Assembly: GCA_020137815.1 (NCBI GenBank)
Contig: CM035355.1
Location: 5,704,001-5,768,000, forward strand
Length of the DNA: 64,000 bases
Direction: 5' to 3'
DNA from: Hormiphora californensis
Lineage: Eukaryota > Animalia > Ctenophora
A program made the position numbers and the translations under genes. Shown here in pieces: positions 62,203 through 64,000 of the stretch (position 1 is its first letter; every line of letters starts with the position of its first letter). The notes beneath the pieces are model-generated. The model ran no database searches. It was not told the origin of the DNA and saw nothing but the letters and a program-made list of their open reading frames with translations.

Positions 62203-64000
62203 TTTTTTCCCCGCCCGGGTGAAGGCCGAAGGCCTTCACCCGGATGCCTTTTGCAAAAAGGCATACGGGGTTTGGCAGGTCGGTAGAACTTCGACAGAAT
62301 TTAGGGTAGGTCAATTTAGGGTAGGTCTGAATTTAGGGTAGGTCTGAATTTAGGGTAGGTCTGAATTTAGGGTAGGTCTGAATTTAGGGTAGGTCTGAAT
62401 TTAGGGTAGGTCTGAATTTAGGGTAGGTCTGAATTTAGGGTAGGTGAATTTAGGGTAGGTCTGAATTTAGGGTAGGTCTGAATTTAGGGTAGGTCTGAAT
62501 TTAGGGTAGGTGAATTTAGGGTAGGTCTGAATTTAGGGTAGGTCCGTAACGTATCGTTTATCAAAGCATTGCAATTCGATATTAGGTTCTGATTAGGTCG
62601 CTGAACCGCGTCCCGTATCTCGTATCAACTCATTTCAATTCGATCTTAGTCACCGATTAGGTCGCTGAACCACTTCCCGTATCTCGTATCAACTCATTTC
62701 AATTCGAGGTTAGACACAAATTAGGTCCCTGAACTGCGTCCCGTATCTCGTATCAACTCATTTCAATTCGATCTTAGTCACCGATTAGGTCGCTGAACCA
62801 CGTCCCGTATCTCGTATCAACTCATTGAAATTCGAGGTTAGACACAAATTAGGTCCCTGAACTGCGTCCCGTATCTCGTATCAACTCATTTCAATTCGAT
62901 CTTAGTCACCGATTAGGTCGCTGAACCACGTCCCGTATCTCGTATCAACTCATTGAAATTCGAGGTTAGACACAAATTAGGTCCCTGAACTGCGTCCCGT
63001 ATCTCGTATCAACTCATTTCAATTCGATCTTAGTCACCGATTAGGTCGCTGAACCACGTCCCGTATCTCGTATCAACTCATTGAAATTCGAGGTTAGACA
63101 CAAATTAGGTCCCTGAACCGCGTCCCGTATCTCGTATCAACTCATTTCAATTCGATCTTTGTCACCGATTAGGTCGCTGAACCGCGTCCCATATCTCGTA
63201 TCAACTCATTGGAATTCGAGGTTAGACACAAATGAGATGGCAAACGAATTGTTTTTTTTCTTTCTTAAACAGGTTTCAACTCAGGATGGAACTCTTAAAG
63301 TCTACGTGCAAAACTAATAATTTCATTTGATGCAATACGGAACACAGTATACCGACCTAACTCAGTTCACCTACTTTAAGTAGTACTTAGTCTCGGTGAC
63401 TAAGATCGAATTGAAATGAGTTGATACGAGATACGGGACGCGGTTCAGGGACCTAATTTGTGTCTAACCTCGAATTTCAATGAGTTGATACGAGATACGG
63501 GACGTGGTTCAGCGACCTAATCGGTGACTAAGATCGAATTGAAATGAGTTGATACGAGCTACGGGACGCGGTTCAGCGACCTAATCAGAACCTAATGTCG
63601 AATTGCAATGCTTTAATAAACGATACGTTACGGACCTACCCTAAATTCAGACCTACCCTAAATTCAGACCTACCCTAAATGCACCTACCCTAAATTCAGA
63701 CCTACCCTAAATTCAGACCTACCCTAAATTCAGACCTACCCTAAATTGACCTACCCTAAATTCTGTCGAAGTTCTACCGACCTGCCGCAACATGTAGCAA
63801 CTAGAGCCGCGCACACAACAACAACCTGCTCCTTCATAAACCACTTCATTGACACGTTTTCAGGAAATGTGTGGCACGCAATTCCGCAATGTGGCGCGCA
63901 ATTTAGTGCTACTAAAACACAAGGATTTGTTCTATACTGTTTGCGTGATTTATAAATCATCCGAAATGTCTGTCCCGCCTTCGTGTTAGAAATGAAACGT
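62203..64000 (+). mobile_element. Second HINE copy (runs off the window) with an internal foldback tandem-repeat module
   Basis: First ~70 bp identical to 54409 onward; 63787-64000 matches 54550-54763. Confidence 0.78.
62274..63786. repeat. Inverted module of 17-bp (GAATTTAGGGTAGGTCT) and ~64-bp/128-bp tandem repeats
   Basis: Ends GGCAGGTCGGTAGAACTTCGACAG / CTGTCGAAGTTCTACCGACCTGCC; copy numbers differ between the arms. Confidence 0.88.

Noticed and set aside
62577-63600. 64-bp alternating repeats as a CRISPR or tRNA array
   Set aside because: The variable parts alternate between two fixed versions; no spacers and no cloverleaf.

Overview
Eukaryotic (animal) genomic DNA, most likely a ctenophore such as Pleurobrachia. 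This is an inference from a ctenophore-type spliced-leader sequence, the repeat families and the GPCR types. The first 16 kb is a transposon cluster: a non-autonomous piggyBac foldback (835-3314), a CRE-like fragment, a full-length L2-clade LINE (5718-10785, minus strand), MITEs, and a Neptune-type Penelope element with a minimal hammerhead ribozyme. From 16428 to beyond the window end runs one giant plus-strand gene. I assembled 57 phase-compatible exons by hand (~2,700 aa so far): signal peptide, GCC2/3, Sushi, ~15 Ig-like domains, Sushi, an RKRR furin site, LDLa, pentraxin, C-type lectin and a second pentraxin. Three genes are nested in its introns: an intronless class-A GPCR, a secreted beta/gamma-crystallin-domain protein, and an antisense 10-exon GPCR with lectin-like domains plus LDLa repeats but no LRRs. 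Main leads: (1) the LINE's 5' end is a spliced-leader (SL) exon, suggesting it retrotransposes through a trans-spliced RNA, and a second SL copy forms the loop of a MITE; (2) the same LINE appears to need a -1 frameshift at A_AAA_AAC to make a complete endonuclease; (3) many exon boundaries of the host gene are tandemly duplicated into decoy splice-site arrays. Exon models are manual and have no transcript support here.
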